This document shows, piece by piece, positions 39,612 to 49,350 of a stretch of 64,000 bases of DNA (the first letter of the stretch is position 1; each line of letters starts with the position of its first letter). Below the pieces are notes generated by a model. That model ran no database searches. It worked only from the letters and a program-made list of their open reading frames with translations, and was not told where the DNA came from. This DNA is from Candidatus Poribacteria bacterium (GTDB lineage Bacteria > Poribacteria > WGA-4E > WGA-3G). The stretch covers positions 1,088,001 through 1,152,000 of the forward strand of contig OZ243938.1 in the NCBI GenBank assembly GCA_965214095.1, in the 5' to 3' direction. A program made the position numbers and the translations under genes.

Positions 39612-40625
39612 TTAATTCGCTAATTCAAATACAATAGGCAGTTCAAGTCTTATACTGCTTCCAGACTGTCCATCGGGAAACGGCGGGTAGGGTTCGGCAT
39701 TTTGGACAGCAGCAAGTGCTGCATTGTCTAATACGCGTGAACCAGACGAAGTTGACACCGTTGGGTTCATTATTGTGCCATTTCTAAGAAGTGTAAAGCG
39801 AATTGTCGTAGATGAACCTTCATCTAAATTCCGGACACTTGGCGGGAAACGTTGAAAATCTTTAATCCGGTCACGCACCTTTCTTAAGAATTCTGAGAAG
39901 GATTGTTTCGTTTCTCCGAAGTCTGTGGCACTTAGTCCGAGGTCTTCTGTCCCTCCAAAATCTACGGAAGCCAAACTTGTACCCATATCCATTGTCATAG
40001 ATAACCCAGTTGACTCAAACTTAGGCATTTCAAATTTGGGTACTGTGGAAACTATTTTGACTTGCCTTGATTTTTCTGACATTAATGTTGCAGCATTTAA
40101 GCTGGTTAGTTGAATAGTGTCATCAGTGGGTAAATCCGAAAAAGGCATCGTAAAATCAGCAGGACCTAAATTGATATTCGCGTTTGCGGTGACAGCATTC
40201 CCCTTTGGCATGAGCAGTTTAACTGCTTTAGGTTTTGTTGTTTTTTGTGTCATACGTACAGCACTTACACGTTTTTTCTGTGGTGTTTGTTGATCAACCA
40301 CGACACTCTGTAGTTTATCTTCACTCATCTGCAAGACTGTCTTTTTTACAAACCAAACGGCAAGTACTACAAGTGCGGCAGCGTGTAGACCGATTGCAAG
40401 ACTGAATGCGAATTTCCGTGCTTTTGCTTTCCACCTTTTTGAAGCCTGTCGATTCTCGCGTTGCGCATCAGCAACTGTGATGTTGACTTCAGAAACTCTT
40501 TCAGATGACATCTTTTTCGCAACATTTGGTGCCTGTTTACCTGCGTCTGCAGCCATTTCTTTCTTCTTTCTAAGACGTTTTCTCTTATGTTTACCAGATG
40601 TATAATTCGAGAGTGCGTAACTCAT
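39612..40625 (-). CDS. TonB-family energy transducer
   Basis: TM anchor SLAIGLHAAAL; TonB_C-like RFPP..EG..IRFTL..G...SSGSRVLDNAALAAV..PYPPFP..LPIVFEL; GGAGGA RBS. Confidence 0.85.
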   Translation of the reverse strand: MSYALSNYTSGKHKRKRLRKKKEMAADAGKQAPNVAKKMSSERVSEVNITVADAQRENRQASKRWKAKARKFAFSLAIGLHAAALVVLAVWFVKKTVLQMSEDKLQSVVVDQQTPQKKRVSAVRMTQKTTKPKAVKLLMPKGNAVTANANINLGPADFTMPFSDLPTDDTIQLTSLNAATLMSEKSRQVKIVSTVPKFEMPKFESTGLSMTMDMGTSLASVDFGGTEDLGLSATDFGETKQSFSEFLRKVRDRIKDFQRFPPSVRNLDEGSSTTIRFTLLRNGTIMNPTVSTSSGSRVLDNAALAAVQNAEPYPPFPDGQSGSSIRLELPIVFELAN

Positions 40626-40816
40626 TCAATATAGTCCTCCAAGATATGGTATTTGTATAAAAATATGTCTAAATCTATATAATAATTCGGTATATGATAA
40701 CCCAAGTTGCTATCTAATAGAACCTGATCAACTTCGTTCTCCTGAAGACATCCACTCTTCCGCTCCAGCGGATCGGTATGTGAAAGAGCCCTGAACAAGA
40801 TAACTGAAAACCGAAG

Positions 40817-41368
40817 TTAACCGTCATCATAACTAAGCAATTTATAACGGTTATTCATCACAACAACAGAACCCAATATATCCAATTTCAGTTTTTTTCC
40901 TGAGATGTCCTTTAACGTCAAAACGGTTCCCCGTAGTAGATGGAAACCTCCATAAGATTCTTTCGGTCTTTTAAAACTTATACTTATAAAACTTAAGTTG
41001 AGATCACCGTAAGCCTGAATCCACCTTTTCATTCCGATGTTACATTTTTTATTGAGATTGTTCCATGCGAAATCAGATGGAAAGTTATTTTTTGGAAAAC
41101 CTGGATAAATCCAGGATACATACTCATCTCGTTGAACTCTCAACCTGTTTAATTGCTCAATGTCTTTGCAATTAAGAGCGTCAACGACTGCCAGACCTAT
41201 CTGGTCTGGCGAGTCGAGACTATTCTCCCATGTTCGCCGCTCACACCCAATCAAACATAAGCTAAACAGAAGTACTGCAGTCGCAAAGTAAGATAGGTGG
41301 CAGCGAACTGAGAAGACGTTATACTTTTTAGTTTCTTGCACTCGTAGTCCAACCCTTTGTCCAATCAC
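40817..41368 (-). CDS. Hypothetical lipoprotein (start uncertain, possibly GTG 41341)
   Basis: Hydrophobic stretch plus lipobox LIGC; overlaps the end of the upstream gene. Confidence 0.65.
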   Translation of the reverse strand: MIGQRVGLRVQETKKYNVFSVRCHLSYFATAVLLFSLCLIGCERRTWENSLDSPDQIGLAVVDALNCKDIEQLNRLRVQRDEYVSWIYPGFPKNNFPSDFAWNNLNKKCNIGMKRWIQAYGDLNLSFISISFKRPKESYGGFHLLRGTVLTLKDISGKKLKLDILGSVVVMNNRYKLLSYDDG

Positions 41369-42683
41369 TGTCTGGGTCTACACCACCAATGAAGTCAACC
41401 TTGTCAAAGAATCCATCGGACGGTATATCGGGTGACATGGAAGATGCTCCAGAACCGGGTGTGAAATCTGGGTTACTCTTATTAAAGGCATCTGCAAGAT
41501 TTGGGTCATTTTCCTTGTTACCTAGACCCGTTGCCCATGCTGCTTCATCAAACCCATCATCATCTTTTTCATCACCGAAGTTTCCTGCACCGTTGGAGAA
41601 GAAGATGCTATTTTTAACGACCAAACCACCATCTTCAGCTTGTTTGTGCGAGGATTCATTATTGATATCCAGACCAACTTTATTAAATCCAACAACAATG
41701 AAATTTGTGTACATACCTGCTGCCCCTTCACGGATCAACATGCCGTTATCACTCTCTGGTCCACTGGGATCACCTACGAGTGTAACATTAGAAATAGTTG
41801 GCGCAGACCGGGGTAATGCTTCGTTGTTCTTGCTGCTGTTGTCATTTTCAAACCCGTTATCAGCGTCGTCACCGTAGTGTTGGGCGACCCAGAATTGACC
41901 TTTACCTGTCCAACCGTCAGTCCAGTCAAACGAATCATCGCGTGCCCCTGTGACGAATGCATATTTTAGGTTGACTGTGCCACCGAACATTTCAATACCA
42001 TCATCTTGGTTCATGTGAACTTGGACATATTCTACGACCGTACCAGAACCGACACCTTGGAATGCGATACCGTTCAGTTCGTTGTCAGGACTAAATTCAA
42101 TACCAGCATATTCAACACGGACATAACGTAACACACCACTACTATCGGCAGGATTATCTCCACCGAATGCTCCCGTGTCACCTTCACCGAAAGTTACACC
42201 TTGGTTTGACGGTGCTCTACCGTTGATGATCAACCCGCCCCATTGTCCACGAGCGCGTGAACCAATGGCTGCATCACTTGTCATAACGATAGGTGCATCG
42301 GCAGTACCGTCTGCCATAAGTTTCCCACCTTGAGAGACGATGAGAGTTCCATTTGTAGCATTTTCACCATATACCACGACACCCGGTTCAATCGTAAGCG
42401 TTACGCCATCTTTAACGAACACTGCATCACGTAACAAATAATCGTAGTCAGATGACAGGGTTCTATCCTCAAGCAGATCTCCTGTAAGGATAACGACTTC
42501 ACGTCCATCAATGGTGATAGTTTCCTCAACGATTGGTTCTGTTACACCAGTATCGTCATCATCTTCACCACATCCGAGCAAAGTTATGGTCAATCCGATT
42601 GTGATAACGACCATTACCTGAAACAAACATCTAAATTTACCTTGTCTCCCAGCGGATCTCAGGATCAACATTATATTTGACAT
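41328..42683 (-). CDS. Acidic surface lipoprotein with parallel beta-helix-like repeats, of a type found next to TBDRs
   Basis: Lipobox LLGC; GVTLTIEPG, GTADAPIVMTS, GQWGGLII.G, DSSGVLRYVRVEYAG, DDGIEMFGGTVN, DDSFDW, WTKGWT. Confidence 0.8.
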   Translation of the reverse strand: MSNIMLILRSAGRQGKFRCLFQVMVVITIGLTITLLGCGEDDDDTGVTEPIVEETITIDGREVVILTGDLLEDRTLSSDYDYLLRDAVFVKDGVTLTIEPGVVVYGENATNGTLIVSQGGKLMADGTADAPIVMTSDAAIGSRARGQWGGLIINGRAPSNQGVTFGEGDTGAFGGDNPADSSGVLRYVRVEYAGIEFSPDNELNGIAFQGVGSGTVVEYVQVHMNQDDGIEMFGGTVNLKYAFVTGARDDSFDWTDGWTGKGQFWVAQHYGDDADNGFENDNSSKNNEALPRSAPTISNVTLVGDPSGPESDNGMLIREGAAGMYTNFIVVGFNKVGLDINNESSHKQAEDGGLVVKNSIFFSNGAGNFGDEKDDDGFDEAAWATGLGNKENDPNLADAFNKSNPDFTPGSGASSMSPDIPSDGFFDKVDFIGGVDPDSDWTKGWTTSARN

Positions 42684-42931
42684 TAGCTTTACTATGCTCC
42701 TTTTTTCTTTATTAAATCCCACTTACTGTGATGAGTGGTAATTATTATTGCGACCTAACAGACCTATCGATTATTTGGTCGCGACTATAAGTTTCTAACA
42801 CGTTTATTTTACACGTAAATTGTTACAAAATACTCACGATACTTTGACCTTTTTATTGAGAATAACTTTCCTAATTAATAACATGTTAGCAGTATGTTTA
42901 CTGACTAATTGTGATGATCCCATTTAGTAGA

Positions 42932-45832
42932 TTATATGCTATAACTTATCCCGAATGAGAATGACCTTCCAACCCTATATTTAACAGATGTTGCCCCTCC
43001 CTGCTTAAATTCTACAGGTCGGTCAAGTAGATTCTTTGCCGAAACACTAAATTTATATGTGTCAGCAACAGTGCGACTGAAACTCAAATCTAATTCACCA
43101 CGCGGTTGTTCATAAACATCTGGTGCTCCATGGTTTCCTACATCAGAGAGTCTGCGTCCATAAATGTTATATGCTACCGAACTTGATATCCCCCAGTTTG
43201 ACCATTCATAACCGATTGAAACATTCACAATATACGGACACTGTCCTTGTAAAGGTCGCTCAGAAGAGGTCTGGATACCAACGTCCTCAGGAAGCTCAAC
43301 CCTTGAAGAGATAAACGCAGCATTTGTGTTAATTGAAAAAGCACTCAGTTTCTTTGCGATGACACCTAAATTCTGACGTGCTTCAAGTTCCAACCCATAA
43401 TTATGTGCACCCTCAGCATTTGCATAGGTAATGCGAACTTCAGCTTGCGGTTCAATGATCTGTTCAATAGGTTTATGAAACCTTTTGTAAAAAGCACTCA
43501 CTGCTACAACACCGCCTCCTGTTGTATCAGGGAAAACTTCCCAACGGAAATCGTAATTATCAATCAACGTCCGTTCAAGATTGGTATTTCCAAGCACTGT
43601 TCTCCCACCGACAAAATCTGTAAACTCAAAAGGTGCAAGTTCACGTAAGTCGGGACGCGTGACTGTCCGAGATGCGGCGAGTCGTAGATTCATTCTCTCA
43701 GTTAAACGATATGTGATGTTGAGACCCGGAAGGCCATCAGATGTCCTCAAATTTGCTTGGTCTTTCTCCAAAATTACAGTAGAGAATGGGTCGAAAGCTG
43801 TAAGAACCTGGTCTGAATATTCCCATCGCAGACCGGTCATCACCTGCCATTTCTTGCTGATAGGTATATCAAGCATCATGTATCCTGAATAGACACTATG
43901 GTCAGCCTCGTAGTTGTCAGATCGGCGTGTGGACTCACGTAACTCAAAGACACGTGGAACGATGTTGTCGGTTTGGAAAAGGGTTTCTGGTGATGCGGAA
44001 AGATCAACGGATACATCCACGTTGTCTGATGGTAAGAACCTAAATCTTCTGACATCAAAGGCGCGGGATCTATCACGCACAAGACCACCAAATTTGAAAA
44101 AGCCTGTTTTTCTTACAGGTAATGTCCAGTCAATTCGTCCGTTGTAATCATGATCTTCAAGGTTAAAAAAGAACCTACTTCCACTCTGTGAAGAATCTCG
44201 AAAAACGAATGTTCCCTTACCGTTATCTTCATAGATAGTTTCACGAGTATCGGGTTCATAGCGTGCTGCGCGTGAATATGTCAGTCTCCATTCCATAGAA
44301 AGGTCAGATTGGTCGTCTCCCATTGTTAATGCGTCTTTTAGTGCTTCTTCAATAGTCTCATGTCCTTCCTCAACTGAACCGTTCTTGATTTCGGGTTCTC
44401 CGAAATTGAAAGTGTGGTTACCAGCCAATTGTCCCGAAAAGAGTTGACGTTCTACATATTGGAGTCTTGTGCTTTGATATATTGTATTCCTATCGGCATT
44501 ATCTCCTTCCCAAGTTCTCGTTTGGTCTTCTGCCGCGTGTGTTGTAAGTGTACGTAAGCTTAAGAGATGATCTGGTGAGAATCGTAGGCTGGCACTTAAG
44601 ACACTACCCCAATCTACTTCATTTCCGCTCTGTTCAATGCTGTAATCTGTTACTGGTGATAATCTATCATTTAGACCGATTCGGAAATCTCTTCTCTCCT
44701 GTGTGTTATGACTATGACTATTCCCGTAGGAAATTACACCAAGATAACCGAATTCCTTACCGAATATGGTATTGTTATTTCCAAGACTAAATTTATAACC
44801 TTGATTTACTGGTACAGCCTTTCGTTCAGGTGACCACACGTTATCAAATGCGCGTCCGAATTCTTGTATTTCTTCATTTGTAAATCCGGTAGTGGTAAAC
44901 CGTCCTTGTTCACGTATCGGTACTTCGTCTGCCTTTTCTTTTATGATTTCTGGGAGTTTACGGGAACCATCATCAAATCCTAAAAAGTCTAAACTTCCAC
45001 CCGGATATGTCAATCCTTCAGTGCCAGTTGCCTGTGTATTAAAGCCAGTTGATAAAGATAATGACAGGGTTAATGCTTCAGGGAAATCTTTTGTGAAAAC
45101 TTGGACGGAACCGCCTGCAAATCCTCCCGGTTGGTCTGGTGAAAATGTTTTTACGGTTTGCAAGCTTGCGAGGAGACTTGCGGGGAAAATATCCATAGGA
45201 ACAACACGACGATTCGGTTCTGGACTTGGAATCTCAACGTTATTGAGTAGAGTGTTACTATACCTTTCTCCTAATCCACGGACAAATACATACTTTCCAC
45301 CAACAATACTGACACCTGTAACACGTCTGATAGCTTGAGCTGCAGAGGAATCTGGTAAACGACTGATCTCTTCAGTACTGATGCTATCCTCAATGCGAGA
45401 ACTCCGCATCCGTTTTTCAAGTAGACCTCGTTCACCAGATTGACTGAGTCTAACTTTCATTTTAATTATGTCTAATTTCACAACCTGTGGTTCAAGCGTC
45501 ACCTCTAAAGGTTCTGATAAGCCTTCAGCGTTGACATTTACATCAGTAATTACAGCAGCGTCGTAAAAGTGTGTGGAAACCTGAAGTGTATAAGTTCCAA
45601 CTGGCAAATCTAATGAGAAAGCCCCTGTTTCATCAGTCTTTACCTTAATATTTGTGTCTACAACCTTAATGGTCACATCTGCAAGTGGCGTGTCGGAACC
45701 ACTATCAGTAACGACACCTGTAATATTCACAGTCTCTTGTGCTTCTTGTGCTTCTTGTGCATTTGCATACACTGTCAAGACAAGTGTCATACCAAACATT
45801 AATAACAAAAACCTGATGTTAAGACCTTTCAT
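42932..45832 (-). CDS. TonB-dependent outer-membrane receptor with N-terminal carboxypeptidase-regulatory-like domain
   Basis: ATG 45832 after GAGGA; signal peptide; plug RVTGVSI..VRGLGERYS..NN..PMDIFP..KTFSPD.PG.FAGG; barrel ending SFGISYSI. Confidence 0.92.
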   Translation of the reverse strand: MKGLNIRFLLLMFGMTLVLTVYANAQEAQEAQETVNITGVVTDSGSDTPLADVTIKVVDTNIKVKTDETGAFSLDLPVGTYTLQVSTHFYDAAVITDVNVNAEGLSEPLEVTLEPQVVKLDIIKMKVRLSQSGERGLLEKRMRSSRIEDSISTEEISRLPDSSAAQAIRRVTGVSIVGGKYVFVRGLGERYSNTLLNNVEIPSPEPNRRVVPMDIFPASLLASLQTVKTFSPDQPGGFAGGSVQVFTKDFPEALTLSLSLSTGFNTQATGTEGLTYPGGSLDFLGFDDGSRKLPEIIKEKADEVPIREQGRFTTTGFTNEEIQEFGRAFDNVWSPERKAVPVNQGYKFSLGNNNTIFGKEFGYLGVISYGNSHSHNTQERRDFRIGLNDRLSPVTDYSIEQSGNEVDWGSVLSASLRFSPDHLLSLRTLTTHAAEDQTRTWEGDNADRNTIYQSTRLQYVERQLFSGQLAGNHTFNFGEPEIKNGSVEEGHETIEEALKDALTMGDDQSDLSMEWRLTYSRAARYEPDTRETIYEDNGKGTFVFRDSSQSGSRFFFNLEDHDYNGRIDWTLPVRKTGFFKFGGLVRDRSRAFDVRRFRFLPSDNVDVSVDLSASPETLFQTDNIVPRVFELRESTRRSDNYEADHSVYSGYMMLDIPISKKWQVMTGLRWEYSDQVLTAFDPFSTVILEKDQANLRTSDGLPGLNITYRLTERMNLRLAASRTVTRPDLRELAPFEFTDFVGGRTVLGNTNLERTLIDNYDFRWEVFPDTTGGGVVAVSAFYKRFHKPIEQIIEPQAEVRITYANAEGAHNYGLELEARQNLGVIAKKLSAFSINTNAAFISSRVELPEDVGIQTSSERPLQGQCPYIVNVSIGYEWSNWGISSSVAYNIYGRRLSDVGNHGAPDVYEQPRGELDLSFSRTVADTYKFSVSAKNLLDRPVEFKQGGATSVKYRVGRSFSFGISYSI

Positions 45833-46037
45833 TCTTCCTCTCTTTAGTTCGTTGACTATGATAAACCTTATTATTCTCAAAGCAAAATCCAATGGTAGCA
45901 AAATTTTACCTTCAGAATGCAACAAAATTGTGTTATTTCTTTGGCAAATACAAGAAATTGTTTTTACTTGTTTTTGTTTTATAAATCTGTAATAATTAAA
46001 GATATAAATTGATAGAATTATACGGAAATGTAGAATT

Positions 46038-46613
46038 ATGTTTGCAGAATTGTTGCGTAAAGGCACGCATCTATCAGGATTGATCATTCCAATACTTTAT
46101 TTCTTTCTGGATAAACCTATCATGGTGATAGTTGGCGGCAGTTTATTTTGTATTGCGATTGTTGTAGAATTAGCAAAACGGCTTTTTCCGACTTTCAGTA
46201 ACTACTTTTTTCGCTACCTTAAACCGCTCCTTCGTGTCCATGAACAGAAAGGTGCAATTACTGGCGCAACTTACTATCTCACAAGCATTTTCCTCTGTAT
46301 TCTTATCTTTGACAAACCGATTGCAATAACTTGCATTTTTTTCATCACTCTTGGAGATACAGCAGCAGCACTCGTTGGCAAAAGATGGGGACGGACTAAA
46401 CTCATTGGGAACAAAAGTTTAGAGGGAAGTGCTGCTTGTTTTGTCGTCTGTCTGCTCATTACTCTATTTTCGATTAACCTCATCGTAGGAATTACTGGTG
46501 CATTTTTTGCAACTGTGACAGAACTACTACCACTTCGGATTGACGATAACTTGACCGTTCCACTTATCTCAGGTGCAGTCATGCAGTTAATGGTTAGTAA
46601 TCTTCCATTGTAA
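46038..46613 (+). CDS. SEC59/DGK1/VTE5-family CTP-dependent polyprenol/diacylglycerol kinase
   Basis: ELLRKGTHL, LGDTAAALVGKRWG, KSLEGS, E..P.RIDDNLTVP. Confidence 0.88.
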   Translation: MFAELLRKGTHLSGLIIPILYFFLDKPIMVIVGGSLFCIAIVVELAKRLFPTFSNYFFRYLKPLLRVHEQKGAITGATYYLTSIFLCILIFDKPIAITCIFFITLGDTAAALVGKRWGRTKLIGNKSLEGSAACFVVCLLITLFSINLIVGITGAFFATVTELLPLRIDDNLTVPLISGAVMQLMVSNLPL

Positions 46614-46739
46614 TATTGAAGCCTCTCATTATGATACGGTGGTTTAGTCGTATCAATCTACATTCTGGCAAATTAACAAACTCCCACCTAATTGCAATTT
46701 CACTTGACAATTAGCATCATTTCAACTACCTTAAATAAT

Positions 46740-47564
46740 ATGTCCAAACAAAACTCAGAGAGACTAAATAGATCGGCAGAGAGTTTCCGCGCACTTGCTG
46801 TTGATATCCCCGAGAATCTTGCAAATATCCGAGTAATTCTTTTTGAACCGCGCGAACCGGGGAATATCGGTTCTGTGGCAAGAGTGGTGAAGGGCATGGG
46901 TTTGTCTGAACTTTTTCTGGTGAATCCAGTGCCGTTTGAGAATGAAGATATAGCATGGAAAATGGCACACGGGGCAAAGGATGTTCTGAAAAACTCTCAC
47001 GTTGTTCCTGAATTGAAAGATGCTCTTGTTGGGATAAAATATCTTGTGGGAACCACGCATCGCCGTCGCGATCCCCGTTTGCCTCCACCTACCACTGCAC
47101 GGGAAGCAGCACACAAAATCGCATCTGTATCACAGGATCAATCTGTTGCACTGCTATTCGGACGCGAGGATTTTGGTCTATCTACTGATCAGTTAAGTCT
47201 TTGTCAGTTGATTGCAAGTGTTCCGATGGCTACCAAAAACCCTTCTCTAAATTTGGCACAAGCTGCACAAATTTTCGCTTATGAAGTATTTATGGCAAGT
47301 TTAGAAGAACATACTCCAGATGATATTGAGTATGCTGAAGTAAATGCGTTGGAAGAATTTTTTGAGCGCGTTACGCGTTTATTGGATAAGGTTGGGGTGA
47401 CACCTTATAATCAGGATTGGGAGACGTATTTGAAATCATTGAGACGTGTGTTTTCACGAGCACCGCTTGAAGAACGAGACATTGCAACGCTTGATATGAT
47501 ATTCTCTACGACTTATCGGCATATTGTACGGTTGGAGAAAAAATTAGAAACAACACAAAATTAG
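46740..47564 (+). CDS. trmJ: SPOUT RNA methyltransferase, TrmJ/LasT family
   Basis: ILFEPREPGNIGSVARVVKGMG, ALLFGREDFGL, PSLNLAQA. Start taken at ATG 46740, behind TTGACA-17-TACCTT. Confidence 0.82.
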   Translation: MSKQNSERLNRSAESFRALAVDIPENLANIRVILFEPREPGNIGSVARVVKGMGLSELFLVNPVPFENEDIAWKMAHGAKDVLKNSHVVPELKDALVGIKYLVGTTHRRRDPRLPPPTTAREAAHKIASVSQDQSVALLFGREDFGLSTDQLSLCQLIASVPMATKNPSLNLAQAAQIFAYEVFMASLEEHTPDDIEYAEVNALEEFFERVTRLLDKVGVTPYNQDWETYLKSLRRVFSRAPLEERDIATLDMIFSTTYRHIVRLEKKLETTQN

Positions 47565-47610
47565 CAGACACATGCACAGTGTATCTCCTCACATCGTTAT
47601 GGAGAAAAAC

Positions 47611-49206
47611 ATGAAGACATTCAGCACTTACGGTCCCGTGAATCCTGAAGATCATTATGTTGTCTCACGCGGTGAAGAACTCGTTGATTTCATCAACCGC
47701 GTCAAGTTGGGACGATACATCGTAATATTCGCCCCACGACAGACAGGCAAAACCACATTCTTCCAATGGGCTCTTGATGCACTCACGACTGATACAAAAG
47801 AAACGTACTTCCCTATTGAAATCAACTTTGAAGTGTATGAAAACTATACTGCATTCGATTTTTATGTCTCGTTTTATAAAAGAATTCGCGAGGAAATTGA
47901 ACATATTCTCCAAAACCGGGGTACTATTCCTTCTGCAACACTAATACAGTTGTTAGAGAAAACAAAGGTAAATGATCACGTAACAATGCTGGAATTCTTT
48001 CAAAAGTTCGGAGCTATTCTTGGAGATGAAAAACTTGTCCTTATCATTGACGAATTTGATGGTATTCCCAGTGATGCCGTACGCGGTTTCCTGCACGCAC
48101 TTCGTACTATCTATGTCCAACGTTCAATGCGTGAATGTCCCTTCAGCGTCAGTATTGTAGGTGTGAAAAGCATTACACAACTTAATTTTGACAGATCTAT
48201 TTCACCTTTCAATATCCAGGACGAATTCACATTGCCGAACTTCACTATTGAACAGGTGCGTGAGTTACTCACACAGTGGACAGATGACATCGGTCAACCT
48301 TTCGCGCCTGAGGTAATTGAGAATATTCACAGACAGACTGCCGGACAACCATTTCTCGTCAACCGATTCGCTCAGATACTCACAGAAAAGATGGGCATTC
48401 CGAAAAATGAACCAATCACGATGTCACACTTTTCACAGGCACACATAGAAATCTGTGAAGAAGATAACACAAACCTTACACACCTATTGACCAATATTCG
48501 TAGAAACCCACAGTATAAAAAAACCTTGATGCAAATCGTATCTTATGAAAGGGGCATCCGCTTCAACCCACGCAGTGAAATCATCAGTCAACTGACCACA
48601 CTCGGTGTGATTGGGAAAGCTCAAGATGGAATGTGTCAAATTGTGAATCCCATTTACCAGTACTGTATTCTACAGGCATTCAAACCTGAAATAAATGGAC
48701 TTGAGCAGGACTATCTCCCTGAAGACACTGATTTTCTGGACTATCTGACCCCGGCAGGACAGATTAATATGGAGCGACTCCTTGATAATTTTCAAAGTTT
48801 CATTGCCCGCGTAGGATATAGAATACTCCAAGTCCCAGAAACTCCGAAAGAATTTGTTGGACAAGACCTTCTCTACGCCTATCTTGACCAGTTTGTTAGC
48901 CTGATCCGTGGTGCGATGTTCCTTGAAACACAAACAGGTCGGGGAAGGATGGACATGGTTATCGTTCACAACGGTCACAAGTATATCATTGAAACAAAGA
49001 TCTGGGAGGGAGAACGTTACTATAATGCAGGTAAGAAACAACTTGCCGCATATCTCAAATTAGAACGTGTGCAGGAAGGATATTATATCGTTTTTGATCA
49101 TCGTGCCGAACCGGAAACACGTGTAGAAACTGAAACGGTTGATGAGGTGAGCATTAGAAGTTACGTCATTCCTGTGGTGCAGGAAGTTCCTTCAAATCAG
49201 ACATAG
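47611..49206 (+). CDS. AAA-like ATPase fused to a C-terminal PD-(D/E)XK nuclease-like domain
   Basis: Walker A APRQTGKTT, Walker B LIIDEFD, SPFNI, TAGQPFLVN; GRGRMD..YIIETK; GGAG RBS before ATG 47611. Confidence 0.85.
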   Translation: MKTFSTYGPVNPEDHYVVSRGEELVDFINRVKLGRYIVIFAPRQTGKTTFFQWALDALTTDTKETYFPIEINFEVYENYTAFDFYVSFYKRIREEIEHILQNRGTIPSATLIQLLEKTKVNDHVTMLEFFQKFGAILGDEKLVLIIDEFDGIPSDAVRGFLHALRTIYVQRSMRECPFSVSIVGVKSITQLNFDRSISPFNIQDEFTLPNFTIEQVRELLTQWTDDIGQPFAPEVIENIHRQTAGQPFLVNRFAQILTEKMGIPKNEPITMSHFSQAHIEICEEDNTNLTHLLTNIRRNPQYKKTLMQIVSYERGIRFNPRSEIISQLTTLGVIGKAQDGMCQIVNPIYQYCILQAFKPEINGLEQDYLPEDTDFLDYLTPAGQINMERLLDNFQSFIARVGYRILQVPETPKEFVGQDLLYAYLDQFVSLIRGAMFLETQTGRGRMDMVIVHNGHKYIIETKIWEGERYYNAGKKQLAAYLKLERVQEGYYIVFDHRAEPETRVETETVDEVSIRSYVIPVVQEVPSNQT

Positions 49207-49267
49207 TGTTTATGCAAGCAAATGTGTGGCGTAACATCCTGTTGGAAGAGCAGATAAGAGATTCTGC

Positions 49268-49296
49268 TTGAAAATAAAGGTCTACTGACGTATTAT
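49268..49296 (+). promoter_or_regulatory. Sigma70-type promoter of the GmrSD gene
   Basis: TTGAAA 49268-49273, 17 bp, TATTAT 49291-49296. Confidence 0.55.
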
Positions 49297-49350
49297 ATAT
49301 AACACATAGAAAAGTATTAAGATGAAACTCAGAAATTGAAGGTAGCCCTA

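Noticed and set aside
40725-40822. Imperfect inverted repeat (AACTTCG...CGAAGTT with inner TCCGCT/AGCGGA) as an integron attC site or riboswitch
   Set aside because: The ends do not fit RYYYAAC/GTTRRRY, it is single-copy, there is no integrase and no known aptamer core; it may be an ordinary intergenic hairpin.
42870-42905. 11-bp periodic TAAACA/CTAACA as a Pho box in the TBDR operon
   Set aside because: Only two weak half-sites in AT-rich DNA, not distinguishable from chance by eye.
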